NCBI GenBank assembly: GCA_963666205.1
Contig: OY762654.1
Coordinates: forward strand, 2,848,001 to 2,912,000
Source: Synergistales bacterium
GTDB lineage: Bacteria; Synergistota; Synergistia; Synergistales; JAFGMB01
Direction: 5' to 3'
DNA length: 64,000 nt
Each line of letters starts with the position of its first letter. The first letter of the stretch is position 1. Of the stretch, positions 10,306 to 21,006 are shown one piece after another. The notes under the pieces were generated by a model. The model saw only the letters and a program-made list of their open reading frames with translations. It made no database searches and had not been told where the DNA came from. A program made the translations under genes and the position numbers.

Positions 10306-11022
10306 CTACTCATCTCTCGAGGAAATTCTTTTCCAGATTTCCTCGTATGCACCAAGAACATTGCCCAGATCTTTTCTGAATCTGTCCTTGTCGAGTTTTT
10401 CTCCGCTTTGGATATCCCAGAATCTGCATGTATCAGGTGAGACTTCGTCGGCAAGGATAAGGTTTCCCTCACTATCCCGACCAAATTCAAGCTTGAAATC
10501 GACAAGAATTATGCCAAGCTCTTTAAAGTAATCGGATAGAAGGGAGTTGACCTTGAGAGTTATTTCCTTGATCTGATCAAGTTCTTCTTTTGATGACCAT
10601 TTAAACAGGATTGCGTGATCTTCAGTGATTATAGGATCCCCAAGTTCGTCATTCTTAAAATAGAATTCTACAAGAGGGTAGGGTAGTTTCATTCCTTCTT
10701 CCACTCCGAGCCTTTTGCAGAGGGTTCCTGTGGTGATATTTCGAGTAACTACTTCTACAGGGATTATGTCAACTCTTTTTACAGTTTGATGGTTATCGTC
10801 TATCTTCTCTAAAAAATGGTTTGGAATCTGATTTTCTGTAAGAAACCTGAAAATAGTTGAGCTGATCAGATTGTTCAGAACTCCTTTTCCTTCCATTTCT
10901 GCTTTTTTCTGTGCATTGAAGGCAGTCAGTGAATTTTTGTACTCAATAAGAAGAACATTTTCATCTTCAGTGGTAAACATCTTTTTAGCTTTCCCTTCAT
11001 AAAGCATTTTCCCTTTTTTCAT
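10306..11022 (-). CDS. purC: SAICAR synthetase
   Basis: LYEGKAK, LVDFKLEFG, LADEVSPDTCRFWD, LDKDRFR motifs. Confidence 0.97.
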   Translation of the reverse strand: MKKGKMLYEGKAKKMFTTEDENVLLIEYKNSLTAFNAQKKAEMEGKGVLNNLISSTIFRFLTENQIPNHFLEKIDDNHQTVKRVDIIPVEVVTRNITTGTLCKRLGVEEGMKLPYPLVEFYFKNDELGDPIITEDHAILFKWSSKEELDQIKEITLKVNSLLSDYFKELGIILVDFKLEFGRDSEGNLILADEVSPDTCRFWDIQSGEKLDKDRFRKDLGNVLGAYEEIWKRISSRDE

Positions 11023-11051
11023 GGGGCACCTCCAGAGGAATATTTGTTTAC

Positions 11052-11080
11052 ATTATTCCTAAGGTATCCTTAAAAGTCAA
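11052..11080 (-). promoter_or_regulatory. Putative sigma70 promoter of the pur operon
   Basis: TTGACT-N17-AATAAT on the minus strand about 30 nt upstream of the purC ATG. Confidence 0.5.
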
Positions 11081-11412
11081 TAGAAACAAATACAGGAGAC
11101 CATGATCTTGTGTTGGAAATTAAGTTATATCCACCATGTGATTCTTTTTTTTAATTTTCTTATTAACATTTTCCCGGGTCTTTTACTGTAAAATACAATA
11201 GATCTGTTTACGTAAGGAGAGCAGTTAGCATATAATCGATTCCCTAGCGGGAGAGATTGATGGATCAAGAATAATACCTGGTGTCTTTAAACCCGGCTTA
11301 CTTATAAGATCTTGGGAAATCTCGAGAAAACATGGTCTGAACAATATTTTATTTCAGACCGAAAGGAAAATAGTTAAATATAGATGAATCTTCAGAGAGG
11401 TGTGTATCCTTT

Positions 11413-13227
11413 ATGGATCTGGAAAGAATAAGGAATTTTTGCATTATTGCTCATATAGATCATGGGAAGTCAACTATTGCAGATCGTCTTCTTGAAATTA
11501 CAAATACGGTTGATTCCAGAATGATGAAAAACCAGGTACTGGATTCCCTTGAACTTGAAAGAGAAAGAGGGATCACAATTAAACTTGTTCCTGTAAGGAT
11601 GAATTATAAAGCCCTGGACGGGAAGGATTATGTCCTTAACCTCATAGATACTCCTGGACATGTCGATTTCGGCTATGAAGTATCCAGGTCTCTTGCTGCC
11701 TGTGAAGGTGCACTGCTTGTTGTGGATGCTGCCCAGGGAGTAGAAGCGCAGACTATGGCAAATGCCTATATGGCAGTTGAACAGAATCTTGAAATAATTC
11801 CTGTTATCAATAAGATCGACCTCCCATCGGCAAGGCCGGAATATGTCAAGAACGAGATTGAGGAAATTATCGGGCTCGATGCCTCCGGTGCTATTCTTGC
11901 CAGTGCCAAGGAAGGAAAGGGAATAGTCGAGATACTTGAGGAAATAGTGCATACGATTCCTCATCCTTCAGGAGACAGTTCCGCTCCTCTCCAGGCTCTT
12001 GTCTTCGATTCCATATATGATAATTATCGCGGTGTAGTTTGTAATATAAGGGTTGTAAATGGAACCATCCGGACTGGCCAGAATGTACTTTTCATGGTAA
12101 CGGGAAAGAGCTATCTTGTAGAGGAAATAGGAGTTTTCAGACCATCTTATCAGCCCGTAAAAGAACTTGGTCCAGGAGAAGTTGGATATATCATTGCAAA
12201 TATTAAAAGTCTATTTGAGGCTCATGTAGGGGATACTGTCACAGATGCTTCTCATCCTTCAGCAAAACCTCTTTCAGGATATAAAAATCCTAAACCTGTG
12301 GTTTTCTGTGGTTTTTATCCCGTTGAAAGAGAGGATTACAGTCAACTGAGAGAGGCTCTGGAAAAATTACAGCTTAACGATTCCGCTATTTCTTTTGAAC
12401 CAGAAACTTCAGTTGCTTTGGGTTTTGGTTTCAGATGCGGTTTTCTTGGACTACTTCATATGGAAATTTCGAAGGAGAGACTCAGAAGAGAGTTTGGAGT
12501 GGAACTGATAGCAACGGCTCCTAATGTTATCTATAGAATAGACACAAAGGAAGGGGGTTTTGTTGAGGCTCACCGTCCTTCCGACTTTCCTGAGATCGGA
12601 GATATTCATGCTGTTCATGAACCTATCATACGTCTTACAGTTTTTGTTCCATCTGAATATGTCGGAAAGGTAATGCAGTTATGCCAGGAAAAAAGGGGAG
12701 AGTATGTATCTATGGATTATCTTTCTCCTGAAAGGGTCAGAATTGTCTATAATCTTCCCCTTGCCGAATTTATTCTTGATTTCCACGATAAACTTAAGTC
12801 TCAGACCAGAGGATATGCTTCACTCGATTATGAACATAAGGGTTTTAGGGAGGCAGACCTGGTCAGAGTGGATGTTCTTATTCAGGGAGAAGCCGCAGAT
12901 GCATTTTCCTTCATTTGCCATAGAGATGAGTCCTATAGAAGGGGGCAGGCCGTAACAAGAAAACTTAAGGACCTCATACCTCGACAGCTTTTTGAAGTTC
13001 CCATTCAGGCCTCGGTTGGTAAAAAAGTCATTGTTCGCCAGAATATCAAAGCATTGAGAAAAGATGTTCTTGCTAAGTGTTATGGTGGAGATATAACCCG
13101 AAAGAGGAAACTTCTTGAAAAGCAGAAGGAAGGGAAGAAGAAAATGAAAAAGATCGGCAAGGTGTCTATTCCACAGGAAGCATTCCTTGCATTTCTTAAA
13201 GTAGAAGATGAAGAAGAAAAAAAATGA
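11413..13227 (+). CDS. lepA: Elongation factor 4
   Basis: [54 protein letters not shown]. Confidence 0.98.
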   Translation: MDLERIRNFCIIAHIDHGKSTIADRLLEITNTVDSRMMKNQVLDSLELERERGITIKLVPVRMNYKALDGKDYVLNLIDTPGHVDFGYEVSRSLAACEGALLVVDAAQGVEAQTMANAYMAVEQNLEIIPVINKIDLPSARPEYVKNEIEEIIGLDASGAILASAKEGKGIVEILEEIVHTIPHPSGDSSAPLQALVFDSIYDNYRGVVCNIRVVNGTIRTGQNVLFMVTGKSYLVEEIGVFRPSYQPVKELGPGEVGYIIANIKSLFEAHVGDTVTDASHPSAKPLSGYKNPKPVVFCGFYPVEREDYSQLREALEKLQLNDSAISFEPETSVALGFGFRCGFLGLLHMEISKERLRREFGVELIATAPNVIYRIDTKEGGFVEAHRPSDFPEIGDIHAVHEPIIRLTVFVPSEYVGKVMQLCQEKRGEYVSMDYLSPERVRIVYNLPLAEFILDFHDKLKSQTRGYASLDYEHKGFREADLVRVDVLIQGEAADAFSFICHRDESYRRGQAVTRKLKDLIPRQLFEVPIQASVGKKVIVRQNIKALRKDVLAKCYGGDITRKRKLLEKQKEGKKKMKKIGKVSIPQEAFLAFLKVEDEEEKK

Positions 13228-14380
13228 ATTGATCTTCAAGACAGGACTCCTGGAGAAAGAACATAATAATTCTCTATCAGTCTATGTTCATATCCCATTC
13301 TGTATAAGCAAATGTCCCTATTGTGCCTTTTATAGCAGGCTTGTAACTAATGATGATATCAACCTATACCTTGAGGCTCTTTCCAGAGAGCTCGAATGGT
13401 GGAGTTCTTTTTTCCCGAAAAGGAGGATCGTTACAAAAACTCTCTATATCGGGGGAGGTACTCCCACTATTCTTTCTGCTTATCAATGGGAACAACTTAT
13501 TTCCATCCTTGATCATCATCTTGATCTTTACCAGGGCTGTGAAATCTCTGTAGAAGCAAATCCTGGTTCCGTAACAAAGGAACACCTTTGTTTATGGAAG
13601 GATTGGGGGCTGACCAGAGTGAGCCTGGGTGTTCAGAGTCTTCACAATGACGAACTTAAGTGGCTTGGAAGGGCCCATGATTCAGCTACAGCCATAAAGG
13701 CTCTTAAACAGATCAAGGATGCAGGATTTGATCTCAGTGCCGATTTGCTTTTCGGGTTATCCGGACAGAGCATCAGAAAATGGTATGATTCCCTTAAGGG
13801 AGTTCTTCAATATGGTGTCGATCACATTTCTGTTTATCAGCTTATGCTGGAAAGAGGAACTCAATGGGGGAAAAGACCTCCACAAGGGGTTTTTAACGGT
13901 TATCCTCACTATCGTTTTGCCCAGTGGTATCTTGCTCACAAGGGACTGGATCAGTATGAAGTAGCAAGTTTTTCCAGACAGGGGAAATGGTGCAGACACA
14001 ACATTGCATACTGGTACCAGAAAAATGTTCTTGCCCTGGGACCTTCTGCCTGGGGGTACTTCAATGGTGCTAGATACTGGAACCACAAAAACTTTTCTGA
14101 TTATCTGATTGCAACAGAATCGAAAGAGGGTGCTACTGCGGGATTTGAGTTTCTTGAAGAAGAGAGAAAGATCCGCGAGGCCGTCATACTTGCTACGAGG
14201 ACAAAATGGGGTGTTTCACTCAATAATTTCTATAATAAGTTCAATAGGGAGATTCTTGACAATATCCTTTCAGAGCTGAGTGAGATTCCTAAGGATCTTT
14301 TCTCAAAGGAAGAACTTCGAATTGCCCTCAGCGCAAAGGGAATGAGAGTCGGGAACGCCATATGGGAAAGAATCGTTTAA
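13208..14380 (+). CDS. hemW: Radical SAM heme chaperone HemW (HemN-like)
   Basis: YVHIPFCxxxCxYC, GGGTPT, EANP, HNxxYW motif; follows lepA as in Firmicutes. Start could be TTG 13229. Confidence 0.88.
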   Translation: MKKKKNELIFKTGLLEKEHNNSLSVYVHIPFCISKCPYCAFYSRLVTNDDINLYLEALSRELEWWSSFFPKRRIVTKTLYIGGGTPTILSAYQWEQLISILDHHLDLYQGCEISVEANPGSVTKEHLCLWKDWGLTRVSLGVQSLHNDELKWLGRAHDSATAIKALKQIKDAGFDLSADLLFGLSGQSIRKWYDSLKGVLQYGVDHISVYQLMLERGTQWGKRPPQGVFNGYPHYRFAQWYLAHKGLDQYEVASFSRQGKWCRHNIAYWYQKNVLALGPSAWGYFNGARYWNHKNFSDYLIATESKEGATAGFEFLEEERKIREAVILATRTKWGVSLNNFYNKFNREILDNILSELSEIPKDLFSKEELRIALSAKGMRVGNAIWERIV

Positions 14381-14407
14381 ACATTCTTCTGGGAAGGTGA
14401 TCCTGGT

Positions 14408-15001
14408 ATGGAGTATGGGCTTATCAAAATATCAGAAACGAAAGAAACCTTTATCGAAAATCTTCTTATATCTCTTGCTGGTTATAAACCTCAAGCAAGT
14501 TCTTTTTCCGGCTATCAGTTCAAGGTTCATGATTCTTTGAAAGATGTGCTCTGTTTTCTTGATGGAGAAGATGACGAGTTTAAATGTATCCTTGAAAGAC
14601 AGTTATTCAGAGTATACGCATGTTCAGAGGAAGATGTCGATGAGGTGCTTGTGGTGGGTGATTCCCTCAAAGGATGGGGTAAGGTTTTTGTAAAGGAGAA
14701 CCAACTGAGCGAATCTGTTTTGTCAGTTCACATTTTTTCCTCCTGCAAGGAAGAAATTGAGTGGGGACTTATCGGAATAGCAGCACCCGGGTGGGTACTG
14801 CTATTTGAGGAAGATCTGGATTACGCTGTCAAGGATTACCTTAATGATACCATCAAAGTAGGATACATTCCTGCAGATGAATCGTTTCTGGATTCTGTAG
14901 GGCCGTCTTTAAATTCAAATATTATGCTTCAATCCCTGCTTGAATTGATCCTTCAAAACCTGCCCCGTAGAAAAAACAGAAATGACTATGAACTAGATTG
15001 A
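14408..15001 (+). CDS. Hypothetical acidic protein
   Basis: 197 aa ORF with GAAGGTGA SD, same strand as lepA-hemW; no motif recognised. Confidence 0.7.
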   Translation: MEYGLIKISETKETFIENLLISLAGYKPQASSFSGYQFKVHDSLKDVLCFLDGEDDEFKCILERQLFRVYACSEEDVDEVLVVGDSLKGWGKVFVKENQLSESVLSVHIFSSCKEEIEWGLIGIAAPGWVLLFEEDLDYAVKDYLNDTIKVGYIPADESFLDSVGPSLNSNIMLQSLLELILQNLPRRKNRNDYELD

Positions 15002-15589
15002 AATTACTTTATCAACTTTCATCAGACTTTCTGTTATATCAAACATGTTTGATATAACTCCCACACCTACTTCTTCCGTGACCCCGAAATGGTTTGTACA
15101 TGTTCCGCAAACAAGGATCTCGCAACCCTTTCTTTCAAGTTCCTGGAGATAGTCACATGTGGAGGTTCCCTTAAGTGCAAGTCTTATGCCTTCATTCATC
15201 AGAGAAATATATCTGGGAGGGAATTCCATCTGCACGAGAGTCCCAAGGAAAGATTTGATGAGGACCTCTCCCAGTTCCCTGTCATTTCCTCCTATTATTT
15301 CTCTTGAAATCAATATTGTGAGATTTCCCTTTTCAATTATGTCTTTGCTTTTCATGGATGTCAGGACAGTCTCATTATTCGATGAGATATTGCCTCTGAC
15401 AGTTATCAGATCATTCTTTTCTTCTGTGCTGGTTTTATAGCCCATCTTCTCCAACAGTCGTTTGACATTTCCGGAAGCAACCTTGTTATCAACAATTACT
15501 TCAACCTCATCAGGTCTATCACTTATGATCTTTCTTGTCATAATAACTGGTTGAGGACAGGACTTACCCCTTGCATCCACTATTTTCAA
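14993..15589 (-). CDS. yedF: Selenium metabolism protein YedF-like (TusA/SirA domain plus DsrE-like domain)
   Basis: VDARGKSCPQPV (TusA CPxP) at the N-terminus, ILVCGTC and ISNM at the C-terminus; TTG start with GGAGG; lies near selAB. Confidence 0.85.
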   Translation of the reverse strand: MKIVDARGKSCPQPVIMTRKIISDRPDEVEVIVDNKVASGNVKRLLEKMGYKTSTEEKNDLITVRGNISSNNETVLTSMKSKDIIEKGNLTILISREIIGGNDRELGEVLIKSFLGTLVQMEFPPRYISLMNEGIRLALKGTSTCDYLQELERKGCEILVCGTCTNHFGVTEEVGVGVISNMFDITESLMKVDKVISI

Positions 15590-15609
15590 CTGATCAACCT
15601 CCCTGTATT

Positions 15610-16221
15610 TTATTCTGTATTTAAAGATGAAAGGTTTCTCTTCACCTCGGCCGAGGAAGATACAGTCACTCCAGCATTCATCATCTTTTCAAATGCCATG
15701 TAAATATCTCCTTCGGTGACCTCAACTCCCCGAACTGCATCTTTAACTACAATTACCCTGAAACCTTCTTCTACACCATCGAGGGCGGTGGATTTTACAC
15801 AATAGTCAGTCGCTAGTCCACAGATGATAATACACGTTACTTTTTGATTTCTTAATATCTGCAAAAGTTCAGTGCCATCAAAAGCCGAATATGCCTCCCT
15901 GTCCTTTTCTGTTGCTTTATTGACTATCCTGGAATCAGATGGAATCTTCAGAAGGGGGTGAAAATCAGAACCTTCTGTTCCTTTTACACAATGTTTTGGC
16001 CAGATACCTCCCTCATCGGTGAAGCTCATGTGATCAACAGGGTGAAAATCCCGGGAAAAGATTACCGGCAGGCTATTGGCATGGAAGATGTCTATTAAAT
16101 CGTTGATAACAGGTATGATAGAATCACCTTCAGATATTCCAAGAGCACCTCCGGGACAGAAGTCAATCTGAAGGTCAACCACGATGAGTGCGTATGTTAT
16201 TTGTCTTACCATGGTTATCAT
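15610..16221 (-). CDS. pncA: Nicotinamidase/pyrazinamidase
   Basis: VVDLQIDFCPGGAL, DFHP, WPKHCV, EAYSAF, GLATDYCV. Confidence 0.92.
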   Translation of the reverse strand: MITMVRQITYALIVVDLQIDFCPGGALGISEGDSIIPVINDLIDIFHANSLPVIFSRDFHPVDHMSFTDEGGIWPKHCVKGTEGSDFHPLLKIPSDSRIVNKATEKDREAYSAFDGTELLQILRNQKVTCIIICGLATDYCVKSTALDGVEEGFRVIVVKDAVRGVEVTEGDIYMAFEKMMNAGVTVSSSAEVKRNLSSLNTE

Positions 16222-16365
16222 CCCTCTTTATGGAATAATTATTATAAAATTATAGCATGAGTTTTTCTTTCGATAATCTGGAGAAGTAATGAAAATTCTT
16301 TTGTAGCTGTTTTTATGATATGTTTGAGCAGGAGAAAAATATAACTTTTTTACTCTGGAGGAATC

Positions 16366-17775
16366 ATGCAAATGGAAAATTCTCAAAGACAGATACTGAG
16401 GTCGTTGCCTCCAATGGACGAACTTCTTGAAAATGAATGGCTCTTTCCCTATTATCAGGAACTTGGGAGAGATACAGTTAAAAAAACATTAAGTGATCTG
16501 ATGAGTAATATAAGGGAAAAAGTGATTGATGGAAAAGTTAAGACAGTAACTATGAACTATATCAGGACCGGAGCAGAAACTATTCTCGAGTCCAGGCGTA
16601 AAATGAGTCTCCAAAAGGTTGTTAATGCTACAGGAGTGGTTGTCCATACCAATCTTGGAAGATCATGTCTCGCTTCTGCTGCTGTAGAGGCGGTAAAAGA
16701 AGTGGCTTCCGGATACAGCACACTGGAGTATAACCTTGAAAAGGGAAAAAGGGGACAACGTAACGAACATGTAGAATGGCTTTTGTGCCAGGTTACGGGA
16801 GCAGAAGCCGCACTGGTTGTCAATAATAATGCCGGGGCAGTTATGCTGTGTCTTGCTGCTCTCGCGAGAAACCGGGAGGTTATCGTTTCGAGGGGTGAAC
16901 TTGTGGAGATTGGAGGTTCTTTCCGTATCCCGGAAATTATGGCTTTTTCAGGATCTCAACTAGTAGAGGTAGGGGCTACCAACAGGACACATTTAAGAGA
17001 TTATGAGGGAGCGTTAACTGATAATACAGTTATGTTTCTGAAAGTTCATCCCTCTAACTTCAGAATAGAAGGCTTCTTTTCTGATGTCCCCAGAGAGGAC
17101 CTTGCCCAATCTGCTCATGATAATGATCTTATCTTCATGGAGGACCTGGGAAGCGGAATTCTTGTTGATGTAAGTAATTTGGGTCTTTCTGGAGAACCTA
17201 CTGTCAGAGATTGCGTGAGCTCGGGAGTAGACATTGTTACTTTCTCCGGAGACAAAATGCTTGGAGGACCCCAGATCGGGGGTATAGTGGGGCGAAAGAC
17301 TATCATAGACAAATTAAGAAACTATCCTCTTCTTAGAGCATTAAGGGTTGACAAGATGACCCTGGCTGCTTTTGAAGCCACATTGAGACTTTATTTAAAA
17401 GGTAAATGGAGAGAGATACCTACACTGACTATGCTTTCTCTTACAATGAAGCAAATGAAAAACAAGGCATCTTCTTTGGCCAGACGACTGAAACAGATCA
17501 TCCCAGAGGCGGAAATCAGGGTTCTGGAAGTCGAGGATGCTGTAGGTGGAGGTGCTTTCCCTGCCACTATCCTTCACGGTTATGGTATAGCTATCAAAAA
17601 ACACCCCTGGGGAAGTTCCGGCAGACTGCAATCTTTGCTGCGTTCTGGAGATATACCTGTAATAGCTGGTGCGGGAGATGATTCTGTAGTAATACATGTC
17701 AGGACTCTGCTCGAAAGAGATGACAGACTTCTGTTGGAGGCATTTTCTTCGCTTCCTGGTAGAGGGGATGATTAA
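16366..17775 (+). CDS. selA: L-seryl-tRNA(Sec) selenium transferase
   Basis: VNATGVVVHTNLGRS, VNNNAGAV, SRGELVEIGGSFRIP, FSGDKMLGGPQ (PLP Lys), RALRVDK. Confidence 0.97.
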   Translation: MQMENSQRQILRSLPPMDELLENEWLFPYYQELGRDTVKKTLSDLMSNIREKVIDGKVKTVTMNYIRTGAETILESRRKMSLQKVVNATGVVVHTNLGRSCLASAAVEAVKEVASGYSTLEYNLEKGKRGQRNEHVEWLLCQVTGAEAALVVNNNAGAVMLCLAALARNREVIVSRGELVEIGGSFRIPEIMAFSGSQLVEVGATNRTHLRDYEGALTDNTVMFLKVHPSNFRIEGFFSDVPREDLAQSAHDNDLIFMEDLGSGILVDVSNLGLSGEPTVRDCVSSGVDIVTFSGDKMLGGPQIGGIVGRKTIIDKLRNYPLLRALRVDKMTLAAFEATLRLYLKGKWREIPTLTMLSLTMKQMKNKASSLARRLKQIIPEAEIRVLEVEDAVGGGAFPATILHGYGIAIKKHPWGSSGRLQSLLRSGDIPVIAGAGDDSVVIHVRTLLERDDRLLLEAFSSLPGRGDD

Positions 17776-17776
17776 A

Positions 17777-19699
17777 TTGAGCGGTAAAGAAATCTCTCTT
17801 GTTCTCGGAACGGCTGGCCATATTGATCACGGAAAAACTACTCTTATAAAGGCAATCACCGGGGTAGACTGTGATAGCCTGGTAGAAGAAAAAAAAAGGG
17901 GTATAACAATTGAACTTGGTTTTGCCCCGTTGAGGCTGCCAAGTGAAAAAATTGTAAGCGTAATAGATGTTCCTGGCCATGAAAAGTTTATTAGACAGAT
18001 GGTCGCAGGTGTTTCCGGAATTGATGCCGTCCTTCTGGTTGTTGCAGCTGACGAAGGTGTAATGCCTCAGACCAGGGAACATCTGGATATTCTGGAGCTT
18101 CTTGGTATCCATGATGGTTTTGTTGTTCTTACAAAGGCAGATCTCGTCGATGATGAAATGATAGAAATGGCTACAGAAGACGTAAGTGAACTCCTTCAAG
18201 GTTCCTTTCTCGAAGGAAAGAAGATAATTCCAGTTTCTTCAGTTACACGTAAAAATCTTGATACGGTGATAGATGAAATAGAAAGGCTAGTATCCTCTTC
18301 ACATCCAAGGAGTAGAAAAGGACCATTTTTCATGCCCATAGACAGAGCTTTCCCTGTCGCTGGTTTCGGGACTGTTGTAACAGGTACGGCATATGGGGGT
18401 AAGATCTTCCCGGGAAGAGAAGTTAGCATTTTACCTCTTGAAAAAGATGCAAGAATCAGGAGTGTTCAGGTACATAGTTCCATGGTAGAGGAGGCATGGG
18501 CAGGGCAGAGGGTGGCCATGAGCTTAACGGGAGTATCAGTAGATGATCTCCACCGGGGTGATGTAGTATGTGAAAAAGGGCTTTTTAAGAAAACTAGCTG
18601 TTTTGACACCTATCTTAAAATTCTTCCCTCATCACCGGAACCCCTTACCCACTGGCAGAGGATAAGACTTCATATAGGGACTTCTGATGTCCTGGGGAGG
18701 GTATCCCTTCTGGGTGAAAAGGAAATTCTACCTGGTCAGGTTGGTTTTGCTCAAATAGTTACTGAAGAGGATGTAGTAGCATCTTTTTCAGAACGTTTTA
18801 TCATTCGTTTCTATAGCCCCCTTGTAACAATAGGTGGGGGAGAGGTTCTGTTCCCTTATGGTCGTAAACCGCGTGGACGTACTTCCAGAATTGAATATCT
18901 CAAGATGCTTTCAGATCTCAAAAAAGCTCCACCAAATGAAGGTAAACTGGCGGCTATAGTTCTATCCCGGGAAATGATCCCTGTTTCTGAAGCAAGCATT
19001 CTTATACAGGAATCTGAACAGAATCTTCTTGCTAAGCTGAAGAAAATGGAGAAACAAGGAGATGTCCTGGTTACAGAATCGTCACCAAGGATGATCTTTT
19101 CCAGGAGGGCCATTGAAAAATATTCAAATGAGATTAATGAGATCCTTTCTTCCTTCCATGAGGAGCAACCTTATAGTCCTGGTCTTTTACCACCAAAACT
19201 GGCAGAACTTATAAAATGGAATTATGATATCAAGGCTCTGAAAACTCTTCTTTCATACCTAAGTGAACTTTCAATAGTTTCTTATGAAGATGGGATTGTA
19301 TGCCAGTATGGTTTTACTGCTCAAGATGACAAGTTCTTTGAAGAAAACAGTAAAAAAGTTCTGGATCTATGTATCCATAAGGGTTTTCATTTCCCGACAA
19401 TAGAAGAGATATCACTTGAACTGAACTTGGATAACAAACGTTTTTCCTCTTTCTTTGAAAATCTTAGGAACATGGGAGAGGTAGTTATTCTCCAGGGGAA
19501 TTTTGTCCTGCACAAAGAACTTCAGAGCAGATTTGTAGATCTTTTAAAGGATATAAGACAGGATATTACTATCGCAAGTGTCAGGGATAAAACGGGAAGT
19601 TCCAGAAAGTTCATACTTCCGGTTCTGGAATATCTGGATTCCAGAAAGATAACCCGAAGGGTAGGAGATAAGCGTATTTTACTTCTGAAAAATTTATAA
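17777..19699 (+). CDS. selB: Selenocysteine-specific elongation factor
   Basis: GTAGHIDHGKT, EEKKRGITIELGF, DVPGHEKF, C-terminal winged helix SSRKFILPVLEYLD...TRRVGD. Start is TTG 17777 or ATG 17768. Confidence 0.97.
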   Translation: MSGKEISLVLGTAGHIDHGKTTLIKAITGVDCDSLVEEKKRGITIELGFAPLRLPSEKIVSVIDVPGHEKFIRQMVAGVSGIDAVLLVVAADEGVMPQTREHLDILELLGIHDGFVVLTKADLVDDEMIEMATEDVSELLQGSFLEGKKIIPVSSVTRKNLDTVIDEIERLVSSSHPRSRKGPFFMPIDRAFPVAGFGTVVTGTAYGGKIFPGREVSILPLEKDARIRSVQVHSSMVEEAWAGQRVAMSLTGVSVDDLHRGDVVCEKGLFKKTSCFDTYLKILPSSPEPLTHWQRIRLHIGTSDVLGRVSLLGEKEILPGQVGFAQIVTEEDVVASFSERFIIRFYSPLVTIGGGEVLFPYGRKPRGRTSRIEYLKMLSDLKKAPPNEGKLAAIVLSREMIPVSEASILIQESEQNLLAKLKKMEKQGDVLVTESSPRMIFSRRAIEKYSNEINEILSSFHEEQPYSPGLLPPKLAELIKWNYDIKALKTLLSYLSELSIVSYEDGIVCQYGFTAQDDKFFEENSKKVLDLCIHKGFHFPTIEEISLELNLDNKRFSSFFENLRNMGEVVILQGNFVLHKELQSRFVDLLKDIRQDITIASVRDKTGSSRKFILPVLEYLDSRKITRRVGDKRILLLKNL

Positions 19700-19720
19700 T
19701 CAATTTCTGCTTAAAGGTAC

Positions 19721-19778
19721 TTGCTTTTTTCTTGACATGTTATTATAATTTGAGATTTCCTTACTATTCTGATATAAT
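19721..19778 (+). promoter_or_regulatory. Tandem sigma70 promoters of veg
   Basis: TTGCTT-N17-TATAAT (19721-19749) and TTGAGA-N17-TATAAT with extended TG (19750-19778). Confidence 0.75.
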
Positions 19779-19810
19779 TATTTAAAATGTGTACAGAGGG
19801 GAAATGTCCT

Positions 19811-20056
19811 ATGGCAGCATGTCTGTCTGAAATAAGGAAAAAGGTGGCCCTTTATAAAGGTGCCAGGATCAAGTACCGAACTTCTAAAGGGAGAAGAAAG
19901 GTAGAAGAGAATCAGGGGGTTATCATTGAGACTTACCCTAACATTTTTACCCTCTGGGTTGAATCTCAGAAAAGTAAAATCTCTTTTAGCTATGCAGAAT
20001 TGCTTACCCGTGAAGTGGAACTTGAATTGATGCCTGTGAACAAAAAGTCCGGTTAA
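19811..20056 (+). CDS. veg: Veg family protein (DUF1021)
   Basis: KGRRK...GVIIETYPNIF...SFSYAELLTREVEL signature; precedes ispE-purR as in Bacillus; ATG 19811 after AGAGGGG. Confidence 0.88.
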   Translation: MAACLSEIRKKVALYKGARIKYRTSKGRRKVEENQGVIIETYPNIFTLWVESQKSKISFSYAELLTREVELELMPVNKKSG

Positions 20057-20079
20057 TAGTTCTCTTGCTTGATCGCCTT

Positions 20080-20113
20080 ACCCCGGCGCAATGATAATTG
20101 CGCCGGGGTTTTT
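20080..20113 (+). terminator. Intrinsic terminator after veg
   Basis: 13-bp stem ACCCCGGCGCAAT/ATTGCGCCGGGGT, GATA loop, T-tract. Confidence 0.88.
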
Positions 20114-20133
20114 CTGTGAATTGGAGAGTAGCC

Positions 20134-21006
20134 ATGTATAACGAAGAATTCAGTCCATGTAAAGTCAATCTTTCCCTTAGGATAACCTCTATCAGAGATG
20201 ATGGATTTCATGATCTGGTATCCCTTTTCTATAAAATTCGCAAAGTCGAAAGGTTGACAATTAACGAAATAACCAGTAATAATGTTAAGGATGACATTAT
20301 CTGTCATAATTTCAATATTCCACAACAGAATATCATTGAAAAAGTCTTGTCTATCCTCAGGGAGGAAGGGTGGAATATCCCTCCACTGGAAATTGAAATA
20401 TTCAAGGAACTTCCCCCTGGGACAGGCCTTGGCGGCGGAAGTGGGAATGCATCCGCTCTTTTGAATTGGTTGGGGAAAAGATATAGCATACATATTCCTC
20501 CCGAAAGATCAAGAAATATTGGTGCCGATGTAGCTTTCCTTAACAGCAGGTACAGTTGCGCTCTCGTCAGTGGAATAGGGGATCAATTTGTTCCAAGATC
20601 GATCATTCCGGGTCTTGTTTTTGTGATTTTTATCCCCAAATGGACTTCAGGGACTATTGAGTCCTACAGGAATATTGATATGTGGTACAAGACACAAGGG
20701 TTTCCCCTTCGAAAACCTGCGGCTGAAGCAGAGGCCGATGCTATAGTTGCCAGACTGAACAAAAGGTTGCGGTGGGGCTGTCTTCCTAACGATTTCCTGC
20801 CAGTACTTATTCATGAATGGCCGGAGTATTTACATCTTTTTGATTCGCTGGATAAGACTGATGCTCTTGCGTGGGGGATAACAGGCAGTGGAAGTGCTTC
20901 TTTTGCAATATTTCAAAATGATAGAGAGAAGATTGAACGGTGCTTGAACGTCTTTAATTCATTTACGTGGCTTAATAGAATCTTTTTATGGAGTGATGAT
21001 CGATGA
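20134..21006 (+). CDS. ispE: 4-diphosphocytidyl-2-C-methyl-D-erythritol kinase
   Basis: SPCKVNLSL, RDDGFHDL, PPGTGLGGGSGNA (GHMP), GADVAF, ITGSGSA; ATG 20134 after GGAG. Confidence 0.92.
   Translation: MYNEEFSPCKVNLSLRITSIRDDGFHDLVSLFYKIRKVERLTINEITSNNVKDDIICHNFNIPQQNIIEKVLSILREEGWNIPPLEIEIFKELPPGTGLGGGSGNASALLNWLGKRYSIHIPPERSRNIGADVAFLNSRYSCALVSGIGDQFVPRSIIPGLVFVIFIPKWTSGTIESYRNIDMWYKTQGFPLRKPAAEAEADAIVARLNKRLRWGCLPNDFLPVLIHEWPEYLHLFDSLDKTDALAWGITGSGSASFAIFQNDREKIERCLNVFNSFTWLNRIFLWSDDR

Noticed and set aside
11023-11412. Purine riboswitch or PurBox upstream of purC; small ORF or hairpin (GGTCTGAA/TTCAGACC, 11334-11360) upstream of lepA
   Set aside because: The putative pur promoter is about 30 nt from the ATG, leaving no room for a riboswitch. 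No CGAAC-type PurBox was seen, no ORF has a credible start, and the 8-bp hairpin alone is uninformative.
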